64,000 bases of DNA from Ptychomitrium polyphyllum (taxonomy: Eukaryota), in the NCBI GenBank assembly GCA_973851085.1, contig OZ316775.1, forward strand, positions 13,640,001 to 13,704,000. The letters run 5' to 3'. Position 1 is the first letter of the stretch. Each line of letters opens with the position of its first letter. Below the pieces are notes generated by a model that did not search any database, had not been told where the DNA came from, and saw only the letters and a program-made list of their open reading frames with translations. A program made the position numbers and the translations under genes. Below, one piece after another: positions 13,433 to 26,781 of the stretch.

Positions 13433-15441
13433 GTGTACAAGGTTTGTTTACATACAGTCTGTACATTGCTGATAGAAAATAAGTGCTTAGAAGTATAGTG
13501 TTCATATATTTACAGTTGCACTGTTTTCTTTCCTATCATATTATATGTAGCCTAGTTGAGGAACGGGAAGTTGAGGTATGGAAATATGTTCAATAGACTC
13601 CGTGTGCTGTGAGTGTTAGTTTACTTGGATAGTATCAGGTTGTTAGCTCAACAGGTTTAGAGTTGTGAAAAACTAGTGTTTGCAGGTGGAAAGCTGCCGT
13701 TTCAATAAAATAAAACGTGAGCACCATTTTTATAAGATATTGAGAGCCAAAATTGTAAGTGGAAATGACAAATATTTTTAGTGTCACATGACTTGTTTTT
13801 CCTGGATTTATTTCTAGCCTTCTACTACTGCACTAATTGCCTTCTTGGTTAAGTTTATGGTTTTCAATACAGTTTAAATGCACCATAGTATCTTGCAAGA
13901 TTACTACAGGGATGACAATGCACACATCAGAGAAATTCTAGACATAAAGAGCTCAACATCGATGAACTAAAAGTATTATGCATTGAGTAATATTTGATTG
14001 CTCTCTATGATTGTTTGAGTCAGTCCATGGCATTGTTCTACACTTGGACCAACTCGCTTTTGCACAAGAGTTTGAAACATGGCTTAAAGAATTAAATTGA
14101 ATGCATGTGGATGGCCTCATGCTTTAATTGAACATCTCTTGTACAAATGGAATTATAATTTAGGGATGGAATTATACTCTTGGGAGAGGGTATTTAACGA
14201 CCCATGGTTTATGCCACATAATTGCACAATCTTCACTTATTACAGTGCAGTGCTTCATTACAGATTTAACGTTGTTGGAGCAGAGGAGCTCATGTCCAGA
14301 CTCAGTTCCTACTTCTCATATTCATTTTTTACAAGGAGCAAAGGCAAGCTTTCACCATGTTCATGCGCTGCACTGTCAGATGGTCTGCAACTTGCACTCT
14401 CATAATCAGAAACGTCTCTTCAATCATAGGGCACTGCCCATTTGTAAGAAGAGAAGCTGCAGGTTTGCAATGTACTTTCTTCATTTCCGATGGCGGGTAA
14501 AAATAACATCTCAAAGCCAAAGGCTCGATTGTACGTGAGTGCCGAAATGCCTCTTCATTCTGGCATTCACAGATTCTGATTCTGCACATGATTGAAATTG
14601 CCACTTGCTACATTCTTTTCGAGGAAGCTAACAAAACATGTTGCTTGTCCGATTCGCAAGCTATGTACCTCTTCTACCAACTCCGAAACTTTCGGTTGCA
14701 TACAATTGTGCATTGGTGACCTTTTCTCCTCAGTAGAGAATTTCTTTGAGATCCGCCCTGATATTTAATTGCTTGAGAATGACAGTCGTAGCAGTGCAAA
14801 CCATCCAAACTTACATGCAAAACTCTGGAGAGAACTAAATTCTATAATTGGAATTCCTAAAAAGCAGCGAGAGAAAAACGCTCTTCGAGACAAGAGTCTT
14901 ACATACTCCAAGACCATGCTGAAAACCTGAAGCTGAATCGGTCCTCAGCGCTGACCGCCTTCCAAGATTTATTGTCAGTATACAGTAAACCACAACCTTT
15001 TGTCAATAATATCAACATCAACATTAACATTTGGAAAAGAAAAGTATGATCTTTGGTATTTTTAGTGAACATTGTAGGAAGGCGGTTCAATGCCACTACC
15101 CTGCCACTCCCTGTGGGCACACAGAACCTCGATGACAGGCAAAGGACAACCCTGACCGCAGTCCTGGATGCCAGCCTCATGTGTGCCGCACTTTGAATCT
15201 GCTCCTTCCATCTCTCTTCCTGCACGGACGCGTTTGTTTTTTCCTGTGGAAAGTGCATACACCCCCGAGATATAAGCCTCCCCAGCTTCACGAGTTCATT
15301 CATGAAAACCCAACCAAGGTAGTGCTTACCAAGCTCACCACTCAAGCCTCCTCGGAACTTCCTTGGTGCCGTTACAAGCTCAAACACGGCTCTTCTATCG
15401 TACAGTTAGTGATTCTCAGTACTCACAGAGCCATTTCAAAG

Positions 15442-16038
15442 ATGGCCATGTCAATGCAGGAACTGTTCTACGGGCAGAGCGAGCCTGTTTACTTCGTACA
15501 TTATGGCCGGCAAGCGTCCGTCCCGTACTCTCCTGCTCACCAAATCCCACCTCCAGAGTACCGGATTCGTCGCATGGAGCTGATCACTTTCGACTTGATG
15601 GTGCCAATGTGCTGCGCTCAGTGCGAAGCTCAGGTGCGTGAAGCGCTCCTCGCCTTGGGAAGCGTTCAGGACGTCGTCTGCGACCCTCGCAATGAGAGGG
15701 TGACTATCACAGGCTGCTTGGACCCTGCGCAAGCGCTGAAGCAAGCGAGGCGAGTGAAGCACGGCGCCACATTCTGGTCGGATGAGAGCTCGTACACGAC
15801 GCACCGGTACCAGGCTTCGTCCCAGAAGAAATCGCACCGCGTGAACCAGGACAGCAGAGATTGCAGGTCGTACGTCCGATCCGACGCACGAGAGCAGCGA
15901 TCGCAAGTCGGCCAGGACAGTCGTTCAAGCAGTGATGCGTATAGCCGGAGCTTGTGCCCTGCATACAGAGACACCGCCAAGACGTACTACGTGAGCCTGA
16001 ATCCGACCATTGCAACTGTTGTGGAGACGGAGTTTTGA
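15442..16038 (+). CDS. HMA-domain protein (HPP-like), copy 2, 198 aa
   Basis: ATG 15442 aligns with the start of the paralogue at 24528. HMA domain FDLMVPMCCAQCEAQVREALLALGSVQDVVCDPRNERVTITG, then a Ser/Arg/Tyr-rich tail. No C-terminal CaaX. Confidence 0.88.
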   Translation: MAMSMQELFYGQSEPVYFVHYGRQASVPYSPAHQIPPPEYRIRRMELITFDLMVPMCCAQCEAQVREALLALGSVQDVVCDPRNERVTITGCLDPAQALKQARRVKHGATFWSDESSYTTHRYQASSQKKSHRVNQDSRDCRSYVRSDAREQRSQVGQDSRSSSDAYSRSLCPAYRDTAKTYYVSLNPTIATVVETEF

Positions 16039-16849
16039 GATCCGCCACGAATCGTGTACAGATTACTCAGAATCGGCTCCACATTGGAGCTACATGACTC
16101 AGGTTGCCGATTTTAGCTTCTTAGCATACGAATTTTGACCGGACACGGCATAGCTTGTGGACTCCCTACCTCACAGGGAGCAAAACAATGAGGTCTGTCG
16201 CTTCCTGTCTCTACAACGAGAGATAAACTATACTTCGAACTGGCTCCACGATTATTAGAGTGGAAAACGAGTTAGGTGAAATTATACATCCGCTAGCGAA
16301 TTGCAAGCGATTGTGTTTTTGAAGGCCTGTGCGGCCACAAACTTATGAATAATGTTGTGCTACTTTGCGCCTGAATTAAGCCATTGGTTATCTTCCGTTC
16401 GCACACTGTCCTGGATTTGTTGGATTTGCTGGATGTGTTGTTCTCAGAGTGAGTCCTCTAGTTTGGATGGATTGCCAGAGTTCCCTGTTTGTGTTACTTG
16501 TAGACTCCCCTGTTCCATTCTTTGCGGTGCTCAAGCTGTGCTCGTGCGTTCACAATGAGTCACAGTATCGACTGTTTAAGAAACGAGCTTGAAGAATTTA
16601 AAAACCTGCTTGGCACTTCTGGAGAACAGCTCACTCTTGTGCAAACACAGCAGCCATACATCTCCTCTACAATAGGGAATGGTTCGCCTTCATGCAAAAC
16701 TATTTCTTTCTGATGGGGTGATGGGGATAGTGTACAATACATAAATCCAACTAAATAGAGGTTAGGCTACAACATAAGATATAAGTCTAACCAAGTAGGT
16801 ATCAAATCAAGTAGTTGAGATGCTAAGACACTTTAGTAATTAGAGAGGA

Positions 16850-19800
16850 AAAGGATATGGAGAAAAGGCATGAATTCAAATCAATAGAGATAGCCTATAG
16901 AGCTTAGGAATAGAAGTAAGATAAATTAGACCACTTCTTAATGAATTTATTTTTCATTTTTAAAGATTAATTTATTTGTTTTAAGAATAGCAAAAATGAT
17001 AGAAAATAGACTAACTACATGGTACATGCATGCTCAAGAATTGAGCCCTTAGAATATTTAAGTTATATTTGATTTGAAGCTTTTATGTGACATAGATAAA
17101 GATAGGTATGTCCATATTTGATATTGGTATTTTTTATGTTCTAAAATTCATTTATCAATATATAAACCCAAAATTAGATTTTTAATTCATTGTGTTGAAA
17201 TCATACTAGATTTTTCAAAAATAATAATTTTTTTCTATTTTTGTAATTTTTATTCAAAAAAAGTATACTTTAAGAAGGGCCATTAATTTATTAATATTTT
17301 ATTGGTAAACTTTTTTCCAAAGAAGTAAAATTGTTGTAAAATTTATATTAAAAAATATTTTATATAATAGAATTTATCATGTATTATAAGCAAAGGTTAA
17401 ATAATATGATACAAATTGTAGAAGTTAGGTGGTTAGTGAAAGAAATTGAAATTATATCTCAAAAGTATTAGAATATGGAAGAGAATGTAATTTTTAATAA
17501 TATATATCATCTTTCCAAACCTATAAAGTGGACAATAAAAGTATGTTGTGTTATACATTCAATATAAAAATGTGTCAAGGTCTTTGAGGATTATTGTAAA
17601 AAAAAAGATATTTATTTAAATAAATTAAAGGTACAAAAAACATATAAAATAGAAGATTTATCATAAAATGCCAATGCCCTGAAAAATTCACTGAAAAATT
17701 TATAAAACCGGAACTATTCAATTACCATGAATAACGTCTTTTTTATTGTGAACCTTTTTTTTTAATAAAAAAAATTAATATAGTTTCTATAAATATCATT
17801 ATGATTGATAAGATCAAAATTGGCATATTTAAAGCATAATTTAATAAGAAAGAAATTCTAAAAATCCTAATAACATCTATAATCATAGAGATAATATTTA
17901 TAATTTTAACAATTTAAAAGGACATTTAATTCTATACACAAGTATTTCTTTATTTTCTTAATATATTTTTAAAAATAATGTGTTTGATTATAATGTAATG
18001 TAAATCAATTGCCAGACTTAATAAACTAATTTTTAGCGGATTGTACATTTTATCTTAATTGAAAGACTCATATGATTGATCTTATTAAATCATATTTTTT
18101 ATATATTAAAATTTAATAGAAATATGAATGATTAGTAAATTCAATTATTAATATTTATTCATAACCTCCTTTGCAAAAGTAGATTTAAATTTGGAGAACC
18201 ATGAATTTGGCAAATAAACTTTTATTAAGCAAATATAATAGGTGAAATTTATGCTTGTATTGTCATTATATACTTTATATATGATAATAGGTGGAAATGA
18301 TATGTATTATAAAAGATAAATAATGATAAAAGAAATAGAAGTCATTACTACATCTATCTATAAACAATACACTTATATTATAGGCTGAAAGAATAAGTTT
18401 AATTGGCAAGTTTATAAGCAATTATAAACAAAAAAAAATCTTTTGAATAGTAGTGTAGATTTTTAAATTCTTATTAAACTTATAATACTCAATATATTCA
18501 CCATCTATAAATCTTTTTATTGGCATTTTATAAAAAAAAAACACTTTTTAATTTCAATTTACAAATACACATGCCTACTTTGTTATTTAATAGTTGAAAA
18601 AAAAAGAAGGCCTATTTATCTACTTTTAGCAAACATATTTTCATAACTTATGAATAAAAAAAGTGAAATTTGAAGCACTATTGATTAGCACAACAAGTGA
18701 ATATTGTTTATTCTTTTAGATGTGGATGGCAAGCAATGTATGTTGAAAAATATTGTTTTAAATTTTAAACATAGCCATAAATGGAAACATGAAGGTTTAG
18801 GCATTTTTGGATTCTATAGATACAAATAAGCAAAACCTTTATTATAAAACCTTAGATATATTGCCTTTCTATAAACTGTAATTTTTGAAATTTTGATAAA
18901 TTTTTTTTTAGCTTGCTACATGGATGTATCTTATAAGTGCTTTATTGAATTTTTATTCTATATTTTGACATTATACACATTAGATCAAAGTTTGCTGTAA
19001 TGGAAATTTTTTTAGAACTAAAATTTTTATACTTTATTTTATTTTTGTCTAAAATTAAAATATTGTCTTTCAAATTCAAAAGAAATAAAATTTAGGCAAT
19101 ACAAACTTCAAAGCCTAGATTTCCAAATTTTAAAATTTTAAACATTTGAAATTTATTATACATGTACTGTTGATTTATTTATAGAAATGGAAAGCTTGAG
19201 TTGATTTTCTTAAAACAATTTATTATAAAAACAATATTTGGCTAGAATAAAAAATTCTTAATTAATATCTAATTGTTACATGCATCTTGCAAAAATCAAT
19301 TGTTAAAATTTTTAAATTTATGCATTATGATGAATCTACAGTTTAAAAAATTATAGTTGATTTATTTATATTACATTTAAAATTTTGTTTTATACATAAA
19401 TATGCAAAAATGCTAGTATAGGTCTATGGTAACATCAAAATCTTTAAATTCTTTTTAAAGATTAAAATTCTTTAATCACTTCAATACTTTACTAAATGAA
19501 TTATTAAATTGTATAAACTATTGGATAAGTTTATAAGACTTTTCATTTGATCTACATTTGGAATAGTAGTTCTTAACGTATTTTCTAAAATATATTCAAT
19601 ATAAAATAATGCATTTTATTTTGTCCGATTTTTTTATTTATAACTTAAAAATTTATTTATTTGACTTCTAATGTCTTTATATTGTTTTCATTACTATTGC
19701 TTTTATTTTCATTTTCAATAGTGCATATGTACACTTCTTAAAGTTTCTTAGATACTTTTCAATATATATCAGCCAAATAATAAGAGTAATATTAATGTTC

Positions 19801-22800
19801 AGTAATTTTTCTCTTTAGACATTCTAAAATCTAAGTAACATTTTTTAATATTCTTAATATTTATAAAGTTGCATGTAAATCCAATACTATCTTAAATCTT
19901 CTTTTAAATAGGATTTAATGCCACCTTCAAAAGTATTCTAAAATCTAAAGTACAAATTTGTTATAAAATGTTCAATTCTACCTTTGAATATTCAATTACA
20001 AATTTTTTGAATGAAACTACCAAAAATAGTACTTTCATCATTGAAAGTTATATAAATTTGACCTTTCACTTATTTTGAACTTGATTGAAAAAAACTTTAA
20101 TTGTTAATATTTGAAAAGAAGCTTCTATTAAAATCCATCAAATTTTATAATAATTAATAAAAAATGTATAAAAAATTCAAATTTTTGAAAGTTAGTAAAG
20201 AATTGACCATCTGTAAATCCAAAAATTGGCAATTTCTTGAAAATTATAATTCAAAGTGTGTTAAATATGTTTTTTTATTTTATAGAATTCTATTTGAAAT
20301 TTCATTTTATCATTCAAATATAAAAATAATAAAATTAGTATTTTTAATGATTTACTTTTATTATGAAAGAAATGAGAAAGGTCCTTTACGTAATGTTAAT
20401 ATGTTGTTGTTTCCTTTCCATTTCCAATCCAACATCTTTATATTTTACAATCTAACATGATTTACATATGAAATAAAGTGATGACTTCCAAAGTTATTGG
20501 AAAATTATAAGAAGTGAAAATTTCAAATGTGTTGGTTTAAATTTTGAATTTAATCATTAATTTGAAAGAAGTGATTGTTTTAGAACTTAGCACAATTATA
20601 GACAAGCTTTATAGACGGTGAAGTGTAAGAAATAAATTTGTTTATTATTATAAAAAAAATTAGAATTATATATAAATTTTCATTAGAAAAAATAAAACAA
20701 TATCAAAATGCAAAGTGTAACATTTAAGTGGTAAGAAGATAAGGAATTTGAAACCTAACTTATAGAAGGTTTTTTTTGATGAAACAACTTCATACATGAT
20801 AGACACCATTTTCATCATATAACAATCTTTATTTAAGAGAAAAAAAAGAAGTTAAGGCAAGACTTTTTCTATAAGAGTGAGAAGAATAATGCAAATAATT
20901 TGCCAAATTTATCTAATTTTTTTCTTGTGGGTAAAATTATAAATAAAAAGAACATTAGCTTGCTATAATGACCAAAAAAGAAAGTATTATCTAATAAAGA
21001 AGTCATTAGGTGCGTTCTGAGAACATAAAATTAGTTAATAAAAATTACAAAAGACAACAAAATACTTCAATAATCTGCATACAGCTAAGTTTTGTTGTTT
21101 AATCTACTCAATTTGTTTAATCTATTCAATACATTAAAAACAATAGATGTGTAAGAACAAGATAATTACCTAGTATTACAAAACCTTATAATACATATAA
21201 AATTGTACAAGTTTTATTTTTTTAAACCAAACTTTTCATGTGAATTTCATAAAATTTTAAATGTCAACCAAGCTTATTGTGCAATAGAATGAAGCTCATA
21301 TTTTGCATGTTTGTATAGATTTGGCATTCAATTTTACAAATGAATAATAATTAGAAGCTTTACTCATTCAATAAGAAAGAACAATTTTTACTTTCATTTT
21401 TTTATAAGTTATAGAAAAAAGAGCCATAGTCATGTATTTTTGAGAAATTAATATGAGGTTCAAAATTTTTAAAATGTGGTTATTTGGGAGAAAAAACATC
21501 TATATGTATTTTTAGGTTTATTTTTCCTTGAAACATTAAATGCGTATTTAATATTGATTGAAATAAAAGATATCTTAAAACATTTAATTTTTAAAATCTA
21601 TCCAATTTTTAGAATAAAATAATTATATTCCTATAAAATTTATTTGATAATATCATTTTTAGACTTTGTACAAATGATAAGATGTTGTAAATGTTACACA
21701 AAATAAATTAAAGTATTAAGGTTTAAATTCCTTTGGCATAACAAAACTTGATGAAATAGAGGATAAAAAAGAAATATCATTTGATACTTCTTAAATATAG
21801 GCCTACATTTAAAATTACATTAAATTTTTGAAATTACCTACAAAATTATTTATATTTATTTCTTCTTTTGTTTAAAAGATTATATTTGGAATGATTTAAT
21901 TTTTAAGAAGGATAATATCTATCACTTTCAAAAAAATAATTTAGTTGGATTTATCATTTATTAAGTCTTATCAAAAATTTACAAAATAAATAATATGAAA
22001 TGTCAAATTTTTATTTTGGATATAGCTTATTATTTGATTTTTAGTAATTGAACCTAACCTTTGCTATGATTTTAGTTCTTTTAAAAAATTTAATGTATGC
22101 TTTAAAACAATTTTTTTTATAAAGCAACGTTTTATATATATTTTGGATGAATAAATGATTAATTTTTGTACATGAACAACAATTATATCTTCAATGGCAA
22201 TCTAAGCTACTTGCAAATTGCTTATTTTTTATTGGGTTTGATAAATTATGAACATTACATCATCTTATATTAGTACAAAATTTACAAACTAAATCAATAT
22301 TCCTATATGTAATATATTAAGTTGTATTGATTGAATTGTAGCAACTACAAAAAAGTTAATTTATTGATTTTTTTCATCTAAAAGAACATTATACTATCTC
22401 CATATATGTAATCCATCCAATTCAAAGTAATATATTTTGAAATTATGAATTTCTTTGAAAAATTCATTATAATCAATTTTAGCATTATTACTTGTCTTAC
22501 AATCATTTCAAGGTTAAAATGAGTATACAATTTTGTTTAATTATTATATGATTTACAAATATTATGCAACAAAAACATAAGTTTTAAATTTTGTATTTGA
22601 AATAATATTTTAATATTTTAATAATAAGATGTAATATCTTAGCTATTATTATGGTTTATTGTATGTGCATAGTTATATGCAGACCATAGAAATCAAATGG
22701 ATTGAAATCACTCCCAGGTACCTATAATCCAAAACATCCATAATTATAAGCTTATTTGAATTTAAAATGCCTACAAAGGTTCTAACGTGTAAACCATTGC

Positions 22801-23200
22801 AAATTAAAAAGATTAGCACAAGACCATATATAAATTCAGTTTTATCCTTTTGAAATAATCCATATTTTTTTTGACAATAATATAGCCTTGGTTAATTAAA
22901 AAACACAATTTACAAGTAATATGAATTTATATATAATACTTTAGAAAATGTTATCAAAAAATTATAGAATATGTCAAGAATATTTTTTCAAAATACAATA
23001 CATTTGTATCATTTCATAACTTGCAAAGAATACTTTTAAAGCTAAGTTGTATACTTGAGATTGCCTTAGGTGGTCATTGATTTTGTATGAAATTTTAGAT
23101 AATACTTGTATTGGACGGGATAAGGACAATTCAAGAAGAGTGTGTCTTAAACCACTAATTAATTGAACAAAGAGGCAAGCCAACCAATGGGAACCATACA
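16850..23200. other. ~6.3 kb extremely AT-rich degenerate block between HMA copies 2 and 3, probable decayed TE or other relic
   Basis: Very low GC, CpG depleted, stop-riddled frames. I could not recognise transposase, RT or helicase motifs. Confidence 0.35.
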
Positions 23201-24527
23201 AATTTAACAACCTTCATTGTCTGTAGATGGTTCAAGAACCATCTACAAACTACTACTTACTCCTTAGTGGTTTGAGAAACATCTATACTCTTCAACCTAT
23301 TTTTAATTACTCACACTTTACTTCTCTGGTTCTTGTGAGTTTATTGCCCCATCTCCCTATGCTTGTTTCAAGTTCCAAAACAATTACCAGTTTAAGGGCC
23401 AGGTTCCTTACACGCTTGCTGTACTGCAGCATCCGAGTTCCAGCACCACCAAGCTTGAACTTTATCAAATCGGTGAACGGTTTCTGAAATGGGTGTGCGC
23501 TGACTGTGCACACAGTGCACACCGCAAGGACAGAATACGACACCAGCCATGGAGAATGCATCCAACAGCTCTCAAACCAAGTACAGTGAGCAAGTGGGTA
23601 CGGAAGGCTACCACAGAAAGCTCACAATCAGAGCTCAACTTGACGAGAAACAACCAAAAAGGTCACCACTCTCTCCGAGGCTGACGAGCCGTCCAAAAGC
23701 AGCCCACTGCACCGTAGGATACGATACCACTAACTCACTCACACTTTTAGAAAAAGAAATTCCAAGCCTTCAACGTTCAAAAAAGTGGCCAAGTGAGACA
23801 ACGATACCCGGTAATCCCAAAAAAATATCTCATAATCACTCCAGTTCGTGAACCGCTCCCGTCCCGAACGGTCACCCACGGTGACAATCAAACGTCAAGT
23901 TCCCATTGAAAACCCCAGAGCCAATGACGCAGACATCCACTTGATCAGAAACGGCACGCTCAATGCCGTCCTGGACTGAGGGGGGGCCAGGTCATCGACA
24001 GCCCGAGTTTTACCGTGTGCCAGCCCCACTGCAGAGCTGCACTGCGCCAGGAGGGCCACCCGCACCTTCCTCGAAAGCTCTGCAGTGGGGCATGCGTAGG
24101 ACTGCGCTGTATCGCACGGAAGGCTGCGCGGCTGCCCTGTCTCGCCGTGTGAACGTCTGCATATGAGAGCAGTCTGCCACACTCCCTTGCAATGCGCTTC
24201 GTTGTGCACTTGTGTGAGCGCTCAGCTTCTTCTCCCTTCACAGCTTTCACCGTTTCTGTCTAGTTTCGTTTCTTGGAGGATTCGACGTTTCTTCTGGCTT
24301 CCTCTACGCATTCTGCATGCATATCTGAGTCCTAGTTTTCTTGGAGCACTGAGCATTTCTTCTGGTTTTCTTCAGAGCGTTAAGCATTTCTTGATTTCTT
24401 CACAGCGCTAAGCATTCTACTTCCGACTTGCTTGAATCATTGAGCATTTGCTCTGCTTTTCTTAGAGGATCAAGGATTTCATTGGATTGCTTCGGGAAAG
24501 TGATCGCAGTCGCTTTTTGTAGAGGCA

Positions 24528-25136
24528 ATGGCGATGTCTATGCAGGAGTTGTTCTACGGGCAGAGCGAGCCTGTTTACTTCGTACATTATGGCCGCCGAG
24601 CGGCTGTAAGCGAGCCGTATGCATATGATTCTCGGCCTCAAGCTGCTCTGCCTGAGTTTAGGAGTCGTCGCATGGAGCTGATCACTTTCGACTTGATGGT
24701 GCCAATGTGCTGCGCCCAGTGCGAAGCTCAGGTGCGTGAAGCGCTCCTCGCCTTGGGAAGCGTTCAGGACGTCGTCTGCGACCGTCGCAATGAGAGGGTG
24801 ACTATCACAGGCTGCTTGGACCCTGCGCAAGCGCTGAAGCAAGCGAGGCGAGTGAAGCACGGCGCCACATTCTGGTCGGATGAGAGCTCGTACACGACGC
24901 ACCGGTACCAGGCTTCGTCCCAGAAGAAATCGCACCGCGTGAACCAGGACAGCAGAGATTGCAGGTCGTACGTCCGATCCGACGCACGAGAGCAGCGATC
25001 GCAAGTCGGCCAGGACAGTCGTTCAAGCAGTGATGCGTATAGCCGGAGCTTGTGCCCTGCATACAGAGACACCGCCAAGACGTACTACGTGAGCCTGAAT
25101 CCGACCATTGCAACTGTTGTGGAGACGGAGTTTTGA
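24528..25136 (+). CDS. HMA-domain protein (HPP-like), copy 3, 202 aa
   Basis: Intronless ORF with the MCCAQC HMA motif. Almost identical to copy 2 from 24666 onward (offset 9098). Confidence 0.9.
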   Translation: MAMSMQELFYGQSEPVYFVHYGRRAAVSEPYAYDSRPQAALPEFRSRRMELITFDLMVPMCCAQCEAQVREALLALGSVQDVVCDRRNERVTITGCLDPAQALKQARRVKHGATFWSDESSYTTHRYQASSQKKSHRVNQDSRDCRSYVRSDAREQRSQVGQDSRSSSDAYSRSLCPAYRDTAKTYYVSLNPTIATVVETEF

Positions 25137-26781
25137 GATCCGCCACGGATCGTGTACAGATTACTTAGAATCGGCCCCACATTGGAGCCGTATGAGGTTG
25201 TTTATAGCGAACAAGTTTTAACCAGAAAATTACCCGTGTAGAAATCGTACATTCTTCTATGGGAGATTGTGGCTGTTGTCTGTGTAGAATCAGAATCACA
25301 AGTCAGATTCCGAAAATTGGATGACGCATCTTAGAAGAGTGCGTAATTTCGATCAAATAATTATGAGCTGACTGAGAGCTCGCTGCCTTGCACCACTCCT
25401 TGTGAAATTTTGAGCTGCTCCTTTTTTAGGAGAGCTTCCGTGGTTTATGTTTGTGTCCCTCAGATATAGTGGCTTTCGAAGTGTTGCACAGTTTCTAACT
25501 CTCCAACGGATGGAAAACGGTGGAATCAATGATAGTTTACCATTTCGATCGCAGATAGAGAATCTGTGCATATTACGCTAAAAAATGGTAGTCCTAAAAA
25601 GTGCAAATCATATTTCTTGGGAGAATCATTTGAATACATGCATCACCAATTCAGGGAACTCATTAGTTTAATCATTTACCCTGACGGATTTGATTTCTTT
25701 CAGAAAACTCGCTACTAAAAGTTCATCAAACTGTTAAGCTTATTCCTCAACAGCGTTGGCTTTAGTCCCCCATCGGCTGTGGCGAATGAATGTATTCCGG
25801 TTGATGCTGTGGTTTAATGAAGGCCGACCAGTCCTACGCCATGAACACCTGAATCATAAGCTTGCATGCTTCTCGAAGGGAGTCGCCTCTATTGGGCATT
25901 GACCCTATATTGGTGAGTCCAATCTTTGTACATCCCTTTTCCTATCTGTGTCGTAACAATTTGCTCAATTAGGATTGTTTCAGAGATTCATATCTGCCCC
26001 TTCCTCATTTAACTTTATCAAATGCACATTGATGGGCTTAATGCTGACATTTTGGATCGGATATGGTGTAGAATGTAACAGCAGAAGTATCTACTGTAAC
26101 GGTCTATAATTGTACTCGACCACATTTTAGTGTTGTCTGGGATTCTATGTGCAATTTAGATGTGTACATTCTAGGGTGGAACTAGACAAAGAAAATTGTG
26201 CTCGCAAAGAACATCAGTAGAAAACAGTTGCTGCAACGTATATGATAGCAGTTTCAAACAGATAAGCATATTTGCCTGCATTGTAATCTTTTATGCCCTG
26301 TTTCGTCAAGAATCAAGATATGCTGCCTTGCAGGTTGTATTTAGATCTTGAATAACTGCTTCTATAATTGCATGTGTTTACAAATAGTGATCATCATTGT
26401 AAGTTGATTGGGAGTTCGTCACCCACCCGGATTATGAGATCAACATTAGCCCTTGGGATTATGAAGGTTAGACTCCTTGTGAAGTTCTGCTTTCTAAAGG
26501 TACACTACAAGCTCACAGACATGGCCAACATCATGTAGAAGCTCGCTCTCTATATTTAGTCCAAGTCAAATGTGCAGTATTCTGTAGGAATGCAGAGCGT
26601 GAGTCAATATGTACAGATTTTCTATACTATTTATATCCTAGAATGAATTATTCTTGCAGTGACGATAAGGTATTGCAAGTATGGAGTAGTCAAGGCGTGA
26701 TTTCTAGCTTCAACCGTCGCAGGTGAACCGAATGCAGGATTGAGGATCGAAATTGAGGGGATATGTTTCTTGCAATTGAAG

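Noticed and set aside
15181..15441. N-terminal extension of the 285-aa ORF
   Set aside because: It begins at GTG. The paralogue starts at the equivalent of ATG 15442, and the extension spans a TATA-like element.
15451..25146. Antisense ORFs shared by HMA copies 2 and 3
   Set aside because: Shadow frames of a GC-rich CDS. They are shared only because the DNA is nearly identical.
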